This document shows, in pieces, positions 26,542 to 39,100 of a stretch of 64,000 bases of DNA. Under the pieces are notes generated by a model, which saw only the letters and a program-made list of their open reading frames with translations, had not been told where the DNA came from and did not search any database. The translations under genes were made by a program, and so were the position numbers. Source of the stretch: the human T2T-CHM13v2.0 reference genome, Homo sapiens; NCBI RefSeq assembly GCF_009914755.1, contig NC_060935.1; one strand, 5' to 3'. Position 1 is the stretch's first letter, and every line of letters begins with the position of its first letter.

Positions 26542-26998
26542 GCACATGTATGTTCATTGCAGCCCTATTCACAATTGCAAAGACATAGAATCAGTGATAG
26601 ACTGGATAAAGAGAATGTGGTACATATATACCATGGAATACCATGCAACTATAAAAAAGAATGAAATCATGTACTTTGCAGAGAAATGGATGGACCTTGA
26701 GGCCATTATCCTTAGCAAACTAACACAGGAACAGAAAACCAAATATCGCATGTTCTCACTTTTATAAGTGCAAGCTAAATGATGAGAACACATCAACACA
26801 TAGAGGGGAACAACACACACTGGGGCCTTTCAGAGGGTGGAGGGTCGGAGGAGGGAAAGGATCACAAAAATTAACTAATGGGTACTAGGCTTAATAGCTG
26901 GGTGATGAAGTAATCTCTGCAACAAATGCCCACGACACAAGTTTACCTATGTAACAAACCTGAACTTGTACCCCTGAACTTAAAAGTTGAAAGAAAGG
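26542..26998 (+). mobile_element. L1PA15/16-like 3' end
   Basis: ORF2 terminus (..QEQKTKYRMFSL) and 3'UTR aactaatgggtactaggcttaata. Confidence 0.88.
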
Positions 26999-29764
26999 AA
27001 AACTATTATGTAAAATAACATATGAGCTTTTCTTCATGTTTCCTTAGGATGAGTTAATTTTCTTGATGAGAAATTTTACTAAGAGGGGACATCTTTTGAA
27101 AAATTGTACTTTACACTGAGAACAATCAACCAGTTATTATTTACTTTTCAATTTTCTCTTTGAAGTTTTCTAAGGATCTATTTTTCCAGTTAAGAACTCC
27201 GTATCAGCAGAAAGCCCATTGAATTAAATGATATCTGAATAGCAGCTTCTCCTCCTTGGAGCAATGTCAGTTGTGAATTATATGAATGCCTTTTTAAAAG
27301 ATATCTGTAATTACATGTCTTGGACCTTCATGTATACCCAAGTAAAGCTATTATCTCATGAGATACTTCTAAATATGGGAACACTTATGAAGTGTACTTA
27401 GAACTGTCGAAAGTTGCATTAAATGTTACTTTAGGAAAATCTGTTCTGCATGTAAGAAAGGACACATTTCCTATGGGTTTACAGGTTATTCTTGAACTTC
27501 AGAGCTACACATGCTTACCAAAACTGATCTGTCCTCTATTTTTAGCTTTAGATGGGTTGTAATCTGATACTAGTCAAGAATACCAGGTTAAACTATAGAA
27601 GAAAAGAAATGGAACTTTGGAACAGAGAAGGAAAAAAACTGAATATGCTGTGGGGGTAATTTTAGTCATTCCAAGCAAAGAACACATACTGCTAGTAATG
27701 CCAAGCAAGGATGTGATGGCATTTGATGAGAAATGTTGAAAAGAAACTTTGTACTCTGAGAACATTAGGATATCAGATTTTCAGTTTAGATTGTGTCAGT
27801 TTCTAGCAAAGATAATCCTTATAATAGCTTTGGAAACACTTGATAGTTCAGAAAATGAAAAAGCACCGCATTAAAGATATATGGGCAGGAAAACATAGGG
27901 CAGTAGGAAGGCTGTTTGTTTCATCTTTAATGTTATTTTCTCTATTTCTTTAAGTGTTACATTTGACTACTATTTTCAGCCATAACGTATGTATGGAGAG
28001 TCTTCTCTGGACTTTCTTATGTGCCTAATCCTATGAAGAAAAATGTTAAACCCAAGAACTACAAATCAATAGAAACATAGAAGAAGGAATATGTGAAAAG
28101 AAGAATCAGTGTTTTTGAAGTCTTCACAGATACTACTACCTGGATTAGGGGTTCCTTGTGGGTGGTTTTATAATACCCTGTATATACCTTTATACTTTTT
28201 TTTTTTTTTTTTTTTTTAACAATTTGTGCATCTACTTCCCCTGTGAATAAGCACTATTTTACAACCAATACTGAATTAATGCCTGGCATAGGGAAATAAC
28301 TCAAAAATTGTTTAGAATTATTGAATAAGTGATTGAATATCTGAATGAATAAACATTAGTCTTGAAAAAATAATTGATAATTATTTTGTGTAACTTGGTT
28401 ACACAAGTTAATTTACACCAAATTTCATTATTCATATCAATTTTTTTTAAAAAAAAGATCAACGTAAGAAATACAGTTTGGTGATGGTAGGTAGACATTT
28501 CCTATTCATATGTGCCAAGCACAACGTGTTCATTTTTTATCAAAATATATTTTCGAGTTTGCCAAGATCGTGGATATAGAATTATACTTTCTGAGCTTTG
28601 CTTTAGCTCCATGGTTTCTATATTCAGAGCTTCCTGCTTAAAATTTGTGTGTTATTTATACCACGGGAAGTCATGGTAATGCACCATCCAGGATAGGGTA
28701 CGTGAGGAACTGTGGAGCATACTGAAAAGGTTATGGGCTTTGGAATCTAATAGCTATAACTTTACAATTCAGTTCTGCCAGTTGCTAGATTTGTGACTGT
28801 AAGTAAGTAAATTTCTTAACCTCTCCTAGTTTCATTTCCCATCTATGACGTAGGCATTGTTTAAAAATGTTTTTTTTTTAATTTTGGCAAATGCAGTTAT
28901 TTAAGAATAGTGCATAAGACATATGAATTTGTGGAAATTAAAGGATAAATAAGTGAATTAAGTAATTAACCTCCCAAAGAACAAAAGAATATTTATCTCC
29001 AACTCGGATTGCAGCAATAACTACCTCTTTCTCTCACTTACTACACTGCAAATAGATTTTTTTTACTCTTATAAATACATTGCAATCTATCCTACGTTAT
29101 GGCTTTTATACATGTTATTATCTTTGACTAAAATCTCCCCCCCACACACACACACATACACATAAACACATTTCTATATGTCAGTTTTTTTTTCATTTTT
29201 CACTTAACATGTCACTTCTTCTGAGAAAATTTCTCAAAGTAGGTTCCCTTTATTACTCTCTATTATATAACACTGCCTGTGTTTTCACAGCATTTCAGAC
29301 AATTTATATGTATGCACATATTTATCTGTTTGGTAAATGTCTGACTCTGTTTTTCAGTGGCCTTCAGCCTAGGGCCCAGGGTATGCTAAGAGCATTTTAC
29401 TCTCAGTCCAACATTTTTACTATCAGCTAACACCATTTTCTATCTGTGTACCTCCCCTTGTTCCCCCCAAAACTCCATATATTTTTACTTGTCTGTTCTG
29501 CTAGAGTAACAGGCTATTCTCAACCAGGGCTCAGAAATAGAAAGCTGATCACTTAATATTCTACATCAGTATTTCTTAAACAAGAGAAAGTATTAGACCA
29601 CCTTACAAATGATTAATTGACATAAAAACTTACTAGGAGAGGTAGATCCTATGCTATTTCTTGGACCTACTATAGAAAACATCAGTCAGTCTTCAACTAA
29701 GGGGAACTGTATGGTGTTTTAGTAGTATTTCATTGAATCTTGGGGGAATTCCTCTTCAAAATAG

Positions 29765-29982
29765 TATTTTATACATATATATATATATTTGTATACTTTA
29801 AGTTCTAGGGTACATGTGCACAACGTGCAGGTTTTTTACATATGTATACATGTGCCATGTTGATGTGCTGCACCCATTAACTCGTCATTTACATTAGGTA
29901 TATCTCCTAATGCTATCCCTCCCCCCCACCCCACAAGAGGCCCCGGGGTGTGATGTTCCCCTTCCTGTGTCCAAGTGTTCTT
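29765..29982 (-). mobile_element. Short L1PA4/5-like 3' end; tail decayed to (TA)n
   Basis: tactttaagttctagggtacatgtgcacaacgtgcagg. Confidence 0.9.
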
Positions 29983-32577
29983 GCTTGTCATAATAGAGTT
30001 ACAGAAAGCTAAGAGACTGAGTACTTTTCTTCCAGTCAATTCTTCCTTTCCCCTGTTTCTAGTTCACGTTTTATTTTCACACTGACAATTAATATAAAAA
30101 TAAACAAATAAATAAATATTTCTATAAAGCAGAAAGATAAAATCCCCACTCCTAGGGTTATCTGATTTTCATCTGTTCAACCATGTCTTATTTCAGTAGA
30201 AATTATTTCAAACATTCCCCTATCACTTCCTTTTCAGGATTCCCATTTGCCTCAAAGGGCTTGCACTTCGGTATCTCTGCTTGTGTTTCTTTAAATTAAT
30301 ACATTTGAAGAGTTCTTTAGAAATTTCAGTTTACTCATAAAGTGACCACAAAATTATATAGGTAAAACAATTGAAACAAACAATATGAGTGAAATATAGT
30401 TTTTTTTATCTTAAGGTAAATATAACTACTGAAATTGTATTCTATTTCATTTTTATTCCTGCTCACACTTATTATGACCCTGATTATATTCTGTCTGAAA
30501 AGTGAAATTAAGTAACTGCAAAACAAAAGTTTCATTAATTGAAAATGTATTTGCAGTATCTTTTTCACCTTTCAACTATTTCATTCAAAATTTGCTTTAA
30601 TATAGAGAATCAGCACACAAGGTGGGTGAATAGGGAGGGTGGTGGAAGTAAATGTATCTCAGTTATGTTCACTCTGTGTTTTATCCACAATTGCTATGGT
30701 CTTTTCTAAGTGTCTTATTTATTTCAGCGTCTGTGTACTTTGGAGTAAATGGATGGTGTTTTAGGAGTTTTCAATTGGTTAATGGATACATAATTTGGTG
30801 GCTTTAGAATTAGAAAAAGCTTGGAATATATATTCCCTCTGTGCCTACTTATCTGTGTGATATGTTACTTTTCCCGTGTAGTCTTAGTTTCTCCACAACT
30901 ATTACAAGTTCCAAAGTCTGTCTTTTATTATTGATGTAAAATTAAATGAAACACACACTTATTACATATAATACATAGTATATAAAATACTGTGTGTGTG
31001 TCTGTAAATGGGTGCACTCAGTACTCGCAAATCAATAAGAAAAGTCTAACAATACAGCTATAACATAACTTAGTCACTTAAACATTATAACTAGCTAGGA
31101 AATACATGAAAACATGCTCACATGCTGGAAAATGAAATTTAAGACAATGAAGCTTTTGTTGTTGACTTTTTATTTTGTCTGTAATTAAAAGTTATAGTAT
31201 CTGGAGTTGGCCAAGGCATAAGGAAATGGACCCCATCTTGTGCTATTCACGTAAGTGTGAAAAGATAAAACTTTAGGGAGGGTAGTTTGGCATGTCTAGT
31301 CCAAATGATAAATATTTATGTCCTCCAACTCAGTATTTGTACATTGAAGTATTTCCTTTTAGAGAAACACTCAAGATTTGAAAAAAAAAGCACATATATG
31401 AATGCTCATAAGCAGTATTATTTTAAAGGTAATTCTTGAAAAATACCTAAATATCCACTGACAGGCAAATGATCAAATAAAGTATGGTTTGCCCATACTT
31501 CGTATTATTTTGAAAAGTCTAGAATAGCTGTCTCCTTGAACTAGTGAAACATGGTGGTGGGAAAGGAGTGAGCTGCCTTGTGCCACAACTGCCACCACAC
31601 ATGTAGTAATAGACTAGAATGATGTTAGAAAACAAAAATATGGTCACCTATCAGAGTCTGCAGCCCAATATCAAGAAGCTGCTAACATGCTGCAGCAACG
31701 GTTGTGAAGATTCCATGAACTGTTAGACGTAGAAACATCTTAAAAACTGTCAAACACTTTAAACTTTGGAAGATTATTGTGATTTTCGTTCTGTCCAGTG
31801 GCTACACTCACACTTTAAATCAAATCTTCTAACATTCCTTGAAGTAAAGCAGTCTGTGTATGTGAACTGAAGAAATAATTGAAGTGAAATAATGGAGCAT
31901 TTAGTGCTTTTTGTATGGCCCAAAGGAGCCCTGTGCTGACTTTGCTATAGTGTTTTAGCTTGTGAAAGTCTCTGGAACCTTCCCTGCTTCATCAAGGGAG
32001 TCACCTCTATGTCATTTTACTAAGGACAAATACCTAAAACAAACATGTTTAGACCCAGTGCCTGTCCATTGCTGCAAGCAGTCCTGCACATCTCCAAACA
32101 ACAAGTTCAAGATCAGCATGAAATTGGAAATCCAGGATCCTAGGAACACCCCATCCACCTGTATTTATAGGCGCCTCCCTCCACCTGCACCTTGATGGCA
32201 GTGTTAACAAGAATGACTCTGTTAGCTGTCTGAATCAGCTGAACTACAGCCTAGTGGGAACTGTGAGAAGATTGGGGATATGCTGCAGACCCCTCTGGGC
32301 CCATGTTAGAGACTACATTTCATCATGCCAAATCATGGCCCAAGTTTCCCGCCAAAATGGAACCTCTTGCTTTTGCTGGTCTGGGAAAATATAAGACATT
32401 TCAAAATCAATGGGAAATAGTGATCAGTATCCATAAAAATATTCTATATGAAGAAAAACAGATGAGCATAAAACCATTTTTACTACTGAAAATTATACTG
32501 CCAAAACCAGTGACTAATCAGCAAACAGCTGTTGCACAACAACTCGAGTTAACTTGAATACAACTAGTAATACTAGT

Positions 32578-32947
32578 TGTATTAGACCATTCTCACACTG
32601 CTAATAAAGACATACCCGAGACTTGGTAATCAATGAAGAAAAGAGGGTTAATTGACTCACAGTTCAGCATGGTTGGGGAGGCCTCAGGAAACTTTCAATA
32701 GTGGCAGAAGGGGAAGCAAACACATCCTTCTTCTCATGGCGGCAGCAAGAAGAAATGCAGACTGAAGCAGTGAGGAAAGCTCCTAATAAAATCATAAGAT
32801 CTCATGAGAACTTACTGTCATGAGAACAGCATGGAGGTAACCACCCCCATGATTCTATTACCTCCCACTGGGTCCCTCCCATGACACGTGGGGAATATGT
32901 GAACTACAATTCAAGAAGAGATTTGGGTGGGGACACAAGCCATATCA
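32578..32947 (-). mobile_element. THE1 MaLR solo LTR
   Basis: tgtattagaccattctcacactgctaataaagacatacccgagac...tgggtggggacacaagccatatca. Confidence 0.9.
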
Positions 32948-33646
32948 TAGATGTGGATCATAGATATGAAAAAAGTTCCTTGAATCCTATAAAAGTTACA
33001 AAAATCAGAAAGTAATTGTTAGGTATTGAACATAATCAACAAAGATTCAACATGTATATGTATATATGTGTCTGCATTCATAACTGGAGGCCCTGAAGAA
33101 TATAAACAAGACAATATAACAGAATTAACACTTAACAAGATTAACACTTCCCAAAAATTAAAGAAAAGACAAACCTATATATTGAAAAGGGCCTAAATTA
33201 TTTCCGGGAAAATTGATTTAGATTGGTCAACTCTGAAACATATTGTGATAAAACTATTAAACTCTAAGGAAAAAATCCTCTAAGCTTCTGACAAAAAAGC
33301 AATTGTTTACAAAGGGAAGAAAGTCAGGTTTGCATCAGATTTCTCAATAGCAAAGTACAAAACAAGAACAAGTAGAGCAATATTTTCAGGAAATTCAAGG
33401 AAAGAAAATGGGAGCAAGGATTTTATATCTCATCAAACTGTTTGTTCTTCAGGTATTGATATCATATGAAAATAGTTTTCATCATGTTAGAACTCAGAGG
33501 ATATTGCAACCTTAAGCCCTTCCCGAGGAGTCAGTTAGGGAAGCAGCTTCATCCAACCAAAGATGATCAATCTAAGACAAAATCAGATGAAGAAACAATT
33601 TGTTCCTTGTAGAATTTGTGTGTGTGTGTGTGTCTGTGTATGTGTT

Positions 33647-34200
33647 TATCAGTCTGGGTTCAATGAAAAGTGAGAAACAACATAGTAATTTGAAACCAGA
33701 AAGTTTAATATAATTGTTAACTGTAAAAGAAGATAGGAATAATGAGGGATTGGCTATTAAAAATGAACGAGAACTCTAAAGAATATAGGAACAGCAGACA
33801 TAAAGAGAAGCCACTACATTAGGACACAGATAGATTGCCTTAGGAAGAACATCCTCTCCCCCATTATCAGAGCTGAGTCGTAGACCTTGCTAGAAGGGCA
33901 CAGCCGTGGCTCACTGGGTCACTGAGAAGTCACGGTAGTGCCATGTTGGTGAAGCTTGCTAGAAACATTTCCTCTCTGGTGCTGGTAAGCGCAATTCATT
34001 GAGAAGTGTTTTTCTGGAGGAACTCTACTACCTAACTACCCCAGGTGGGGGTAGGGGTGCTACTGCTGCTGACCACTGATACTACTGGCTGCCATGCACT
34101 GTGGGAAACCAACAATGGAGAAGATGAGAGTGCTGCAGGAACCTGTCCAGCAAACACACTGGAACCAGAAAGCAAACCCGTTTCTTCCTATGGTGTCTTT
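33647..34200 (-). mobile_element. Old LTR fragment (LTR78-like, tentative)
   Basis: tatcagtctgggttcaatg...aagtttaat...aactctaaagaatataggaacagcagac; family recalled only loosely. Confidence 0.35.
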
Positions 34201-34843
34201 AGATGAGATCAAGGGATATCACTTAAGCTAATACCAAACAGTAGAATTCTAAGTAAGGAAAGGGGGAGATAAGGACATTATAAAATATATTCATATAAAG
34301 ATAACCCCTAAAACAAAAATCCAAAATTTCCTAAATTCCAAAAGTTCAAAAAAAAAAAAAAACATATCATGTAGAGAATGAAGTAAATATGAAAACCTCA
34401 GAAAATAAAACCTAATGTGACAGATTTGAGACCAAATGTGTAATTTATATTAATAAATGTAAATGGATTTAACCTACCTGTTAAAAGAATAAAACATTTA
34501 GATTGTATTCAAAGTAAAACCCACTCTGTGCTGTATACAGGAGTCATACATAAAAAAGTGAATTAGAAAGAAAGGTTGCAGTTCTGATACTGGACAAGGC
34601 AAAATTCAGGCTAAGATTCATTAAACAAGACAAAGAAGGCACCTGATTCTTAAAGATGACAATGCTTAAAATTCACAATGAAAATGTAATAGTTATAAAT
34701 AAATCAGTATCATTTAGAAAGTACCTGTCTTCATAAAATAGAATTATAGGAAATGCAAAGAGATAGATACTAACACACTAATAGAAAGTTAACACCCTTA
34801 TTTCAAGGCAGGACACACCAAGAGGACAAAAAGTAAAAGTACT

Positions 34844-35150
34844 GGCCAGGCACGGGGGCTCACGTCTGTAATCTCAGCCCTTCGGGAGGCCAAAGCGGGG
34901 AGATCTGCTGAGGCCAGGAGTTTGAGATCGAGAACATCCTGGCCAACATGGCGAAACCCAGTCTGTACCAAAAATACAAAACAATAAAAAATAAAAAGAT
35001 TAACCAGGCATGATGATACATAACTGTAATCCCAGCTACTCGAGAGGGTGAGGTAGGAAGATCACCTGAACCCAGGAAGCAGAGTTTGCAATGAACCGAG
35101 ATTGCACCACTGCACTCCAGCCCAAGCAACTGTCTAAAAAAAAAAAAAAA
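34844..35150 (+). mobile_element. Alu (J/old S)
   Basis: Dimeric Alu with A-tail. Confidence 0.92.
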
Positions 35151-35894
35151 GTAAGTCTTAAAGGTTTAATGGATAAGGTAGATCATATATATATGTATGT
35201 GTCTACGTATGTGTTTGTGTGTATACATATCAAATCTTATATCCTTGCAAATGATCTTCTACCTTGAAATAAAAAACCTAAACAACTCTTATTTGAAAAA
35301 AGAAAACATAACTAAAATTGCACAATTCTAAAACATAATGATGAACACATCATGTATCAGAATTTTGACATACAATTAAAGTGCTGTCAGGAAGATTATT
35401 TATAGCTTTAAATACTTGACATCAATAAAAATGGAAGGATGAACATTAAAAATTTTAATTCCTAACGCAAGAGGTTAGAAAAATAATTACAAAACAAATA
35501 CCAAGAAAGAAGAAAAAAAGAAGTTAATGAAATAGAAGACAGAAAAGCAATACATAAAGTACTGCTCCTTTGGGGAAAAAAATCAATGAAATAGACAAAC
35601 CATTATTTAGCATAATATAAAATGAGTAATCACAGATATACAAAATAAGAAATGACAAAGGAGAAATAGCTCTATGCAAATCAATTTGAAAGCTAAAATG
35701 GGGAAATACTTTTTGTCCAAATTGACTCCAGTGGCATTACAATGTTTAAACAGATGTATAGAAAACAAAAATTTTCAAGGAATTGCACCCACAATCAAGA
35801 CCATGTGCAGATTTGTTCATAGGAGAATCTACCAAACTTTAAGGATCGGATAGTTTCAATGCTAATTGACTTGTATGTTGGTGATATCCAGATC

Positions 35895-36088
35895 TCTCTG
35901 TGGCAGTAGAAATATTTTACATCTGTGATGTTCAGTATGGTTGTCATCAGCCACATATGGCTATTGAATGAGCACTTGAAATGTGGCTACGATGACTGAG
36001 GAACTGAATTTTTAACTTCATTTAATCATAATTTAAAGTTAAAAGACCTTATGTGACTGATTGTTATTGTACTGGACAGTATAGTGCT
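35895..36088. mobile_element. MER3 hAT-Charlie MITE
   Basis: agccacatatggctattg...agcacttgaaatgtggct...gactgaggaactgaattttta...tggacag. Confidence 0.75.
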
Positions 36089-36159
36089 AGCTCCTAAAAA
36101 TGTAGGAAAATGTCTAAATTCTTTTTATGAACCATGTAGAACTTTGAAGCCTAAACCAG

Positions 36160-39100
36160 ATTTATTTAATTTCAACCTTTATAATGGATAACAGGAGTAC
36201 ATGTGCAGGTTTGTTACATGGTTATATTACATGATGCTGAGATTTGGGGTATGGCCCCCATAACTCAGGTAGTGAGCAACACCCAATAGGTAGCTTTTCT
36301 TTAACTTTTATTTTAGGTACAGGGATACATGTGTAGGTTTGTTACAGAGATAAACTCGTGCCACAGGTTTGTTGTACAGATTATTTTGCCACCTGGGTAC
36401 TAAGCCTAGTACCCAATAGTTATTTTTGTTTGTCTCCCTCCTGCCACCCTCCACCCTCAAATAGACCGCAGCGTCTGTTCCCTTCTATATGTCCATGTGT
36501 TCTCATTGTTCAGCTCCCACTTATGAGGACAAGTGATGTTTGCTTTTCTGTTCCTGTGTTAGACTGCTAAAAATGAGGGCCTCCAGCTCCATCCATGTTC
36601 CTGCAAAGGACATGATCTTGTTCTTTTTATGGCTGTGTAGTATTCCATAGTGTATATGTACCACATTTTACATTTTATTTATCCAGTCTAGCAATGATGA
36701 ACATTTAATTTGATTCATTGTCTTTGTTATTGTGAGCAGTGCTGCAAAGAACATTCACGTGCATGTGTCTTTATGGTAAAATGATTTATATTCTTTTGGG
36801 TATATACCCAATAATGAGATCGCTGGTTTGAATAGTAATTCTTTTTTTTAGCTCTTTGAGGAATCACCAAACTGCTTTTCACAGTGGTTGAACTAATTTA
36901 CTCTCCCACCAACGGTGTAGAAGTGTTTCTTTTTCTCCACAACCTTTCCAGCATCTGTTATTTTTTGACATTTTTAATAATAATTATTCTGACAGATGTG
37001 AGATGGTATCTCATTGTGGTTTTGATTTGTATTACTCTAATGATCAGTGGTATTGAGCTTTTTTTTCCCATAATTGGTGGCCACATGTATATCTTCTCTT
37101 GAAGAGTGTCTGTTGATGTCATTTGCCCAGTTTTTAATGGGGGTATTTGAGTTTTTCTTGTAAAATAGTTTAAGTTCGCTATAGATGCTGGATATTAGAT
37201 CTCTGTCAGATGTATAGTTTGTAAATATATTCTTCCCCTATGTAGGCTGTCTGTTTACTCTCTTGATAGTTTCTTTCCCTGCGAAGAAGTTTAATTACAT
37301 CCCATTTTCCAATTTTTTGCTTTTAGTGTGATTGCTTTTGGCATCTTCATCATAGAACTTTGCCAGTTCCTATGTACATAATGGTATTGGCTAGGTCGTC
37401 TTTCAGGGTTTTTATAGTTTTGGATTTTGTGTTTAAGTTTTTAATCCATCTTGAGTTGATTTTTGTTTATGGTATAAGGAAGGGGTCCAGTTTCAATTTT
37501 CTGCTTATGGCTAGCCAGTTATCACAGCACCATTTATTGAATAGGGAGTCATTTCCCCATTGTGTGTTTTTGTCAGCTTTGTTGAAGATCAGATGGTTGT
37601 AGGTTTGTGCCCTAATTTCACATTCTCTATGCTGCTCCTTTGGTCTGTAAGTCTGTTTTTGTACTGGTATCATGCTACCTTGTTTACTGTAGTCCTGTAG
37701 TATAGTTTGAAGTCGGGTAACATGATGCCTCGAGGTTTATTCTTTTTGCTTAGGATTGCCTTGGCTATTTGGGCTCTTTTTTGGTTCCATATGAATTTTA
37801 AAATAGTTTTTTTCTAATTATGTGAAGAATATCATTGGTAGTTTGATAGAATAGCACTGAGTCTGTAAATTTTTTTGTGAAGTATGGCCATTTCAATGAT
37901 AATGATTCTTTCTATCCCTGAGCATGGAATGTTCTTGCATTTGTTTGTATTGTCTCTGATTTTGAGCAGTGTTTGGTAATTCTCGATGTAGAGATCTTTC
38001 ACCTCTCTGGTTAGCTGTATTCCTAGGTATTTTTTGTGTGGCAATTGTGAAAGGGATTGTGTTCCTGATGGCTCTCGGCTTAGCTGGTGTTGGTGTATAG
38101 GAATGCTAGTGATTTTTGTATGTTGATTTTTTTATCCTGAAACTTTGCTAAAATTGTTTATCAGCTCTAAGAGCTTTGGGTCTGAGACTATGGAGTTTTC
38201 TACGTATACAATCATGTCATCAGCAGACAGGGAAAATATGACTTCCTCTCTTCTATTTCAGTTCCCTTTATTTCTTTCTCTCTTGCCTGATTGTTTTGGC
38301 CAGGACTTCCAATACTATGTTGAGTAGGAGTGGTGAGAGAGGGCATCCTTGCCTTGTGCTTGTTTTCAAGGGGGAATACTTTCAGCTTTTGCCAATTCAG
38401 TATGGTGTTGGCTGTGGGTTTGTCATAGATGGCTCTTATTATTTTAAAGTATATTTCTTCAGTGCCTAGTTTATTGAGAGTTTTTAACATGAAGGAATAT
38501 TGAATTTTATTGAAAGCCTTTCTGCATCTATTGAGATAATTTAAAAAAATGTGATTTTTGTCTTTAGCTCTGTTTATGTGATGAGTCTTATTTATTGATT
38601 TGCATGTTGAACCAACCTTGAATCCCAGGTATAAAGCCTACTTAATCATGGTAGATTAGCTTTCTGATGTGCTGCTGCATTCAGTTTGCATGGACTTTGT
38701 TGAGGATTTTTGCATCAATGTTCATCAAGGATATTGGCCTGAAGTTATCCTTTTTGTTATGCCTCTACCAGATTTTGGTATCAGAATGATGCTGATCTCA
38801 CAGAATGAGTTGGAGAGGAGTCCTTCCTCCTCAATTTTTTGATAGTTTCAGTAGGAATGCTATCAGCTCTTCTTTATCCATCTGGTACAATGTGGTTGTG
38901 AATCCATCTGATTCTGGGGTTTTTTTGGTTGTTAGGTGATTATTGATTCAATTTTGTAGTATTGGTCTGTTCAGGAAATCAGTCGTTCTGTTGATGCAGG
39001 TCTGTTCAGGGAATCAATTTTTTCTTGATTCAGTCTTGGGAGGGTGTATGTGTCCCCTCTTATTCATCTCTTCTAGGTTTTCCAGTTTGTGTGCCTAGAG

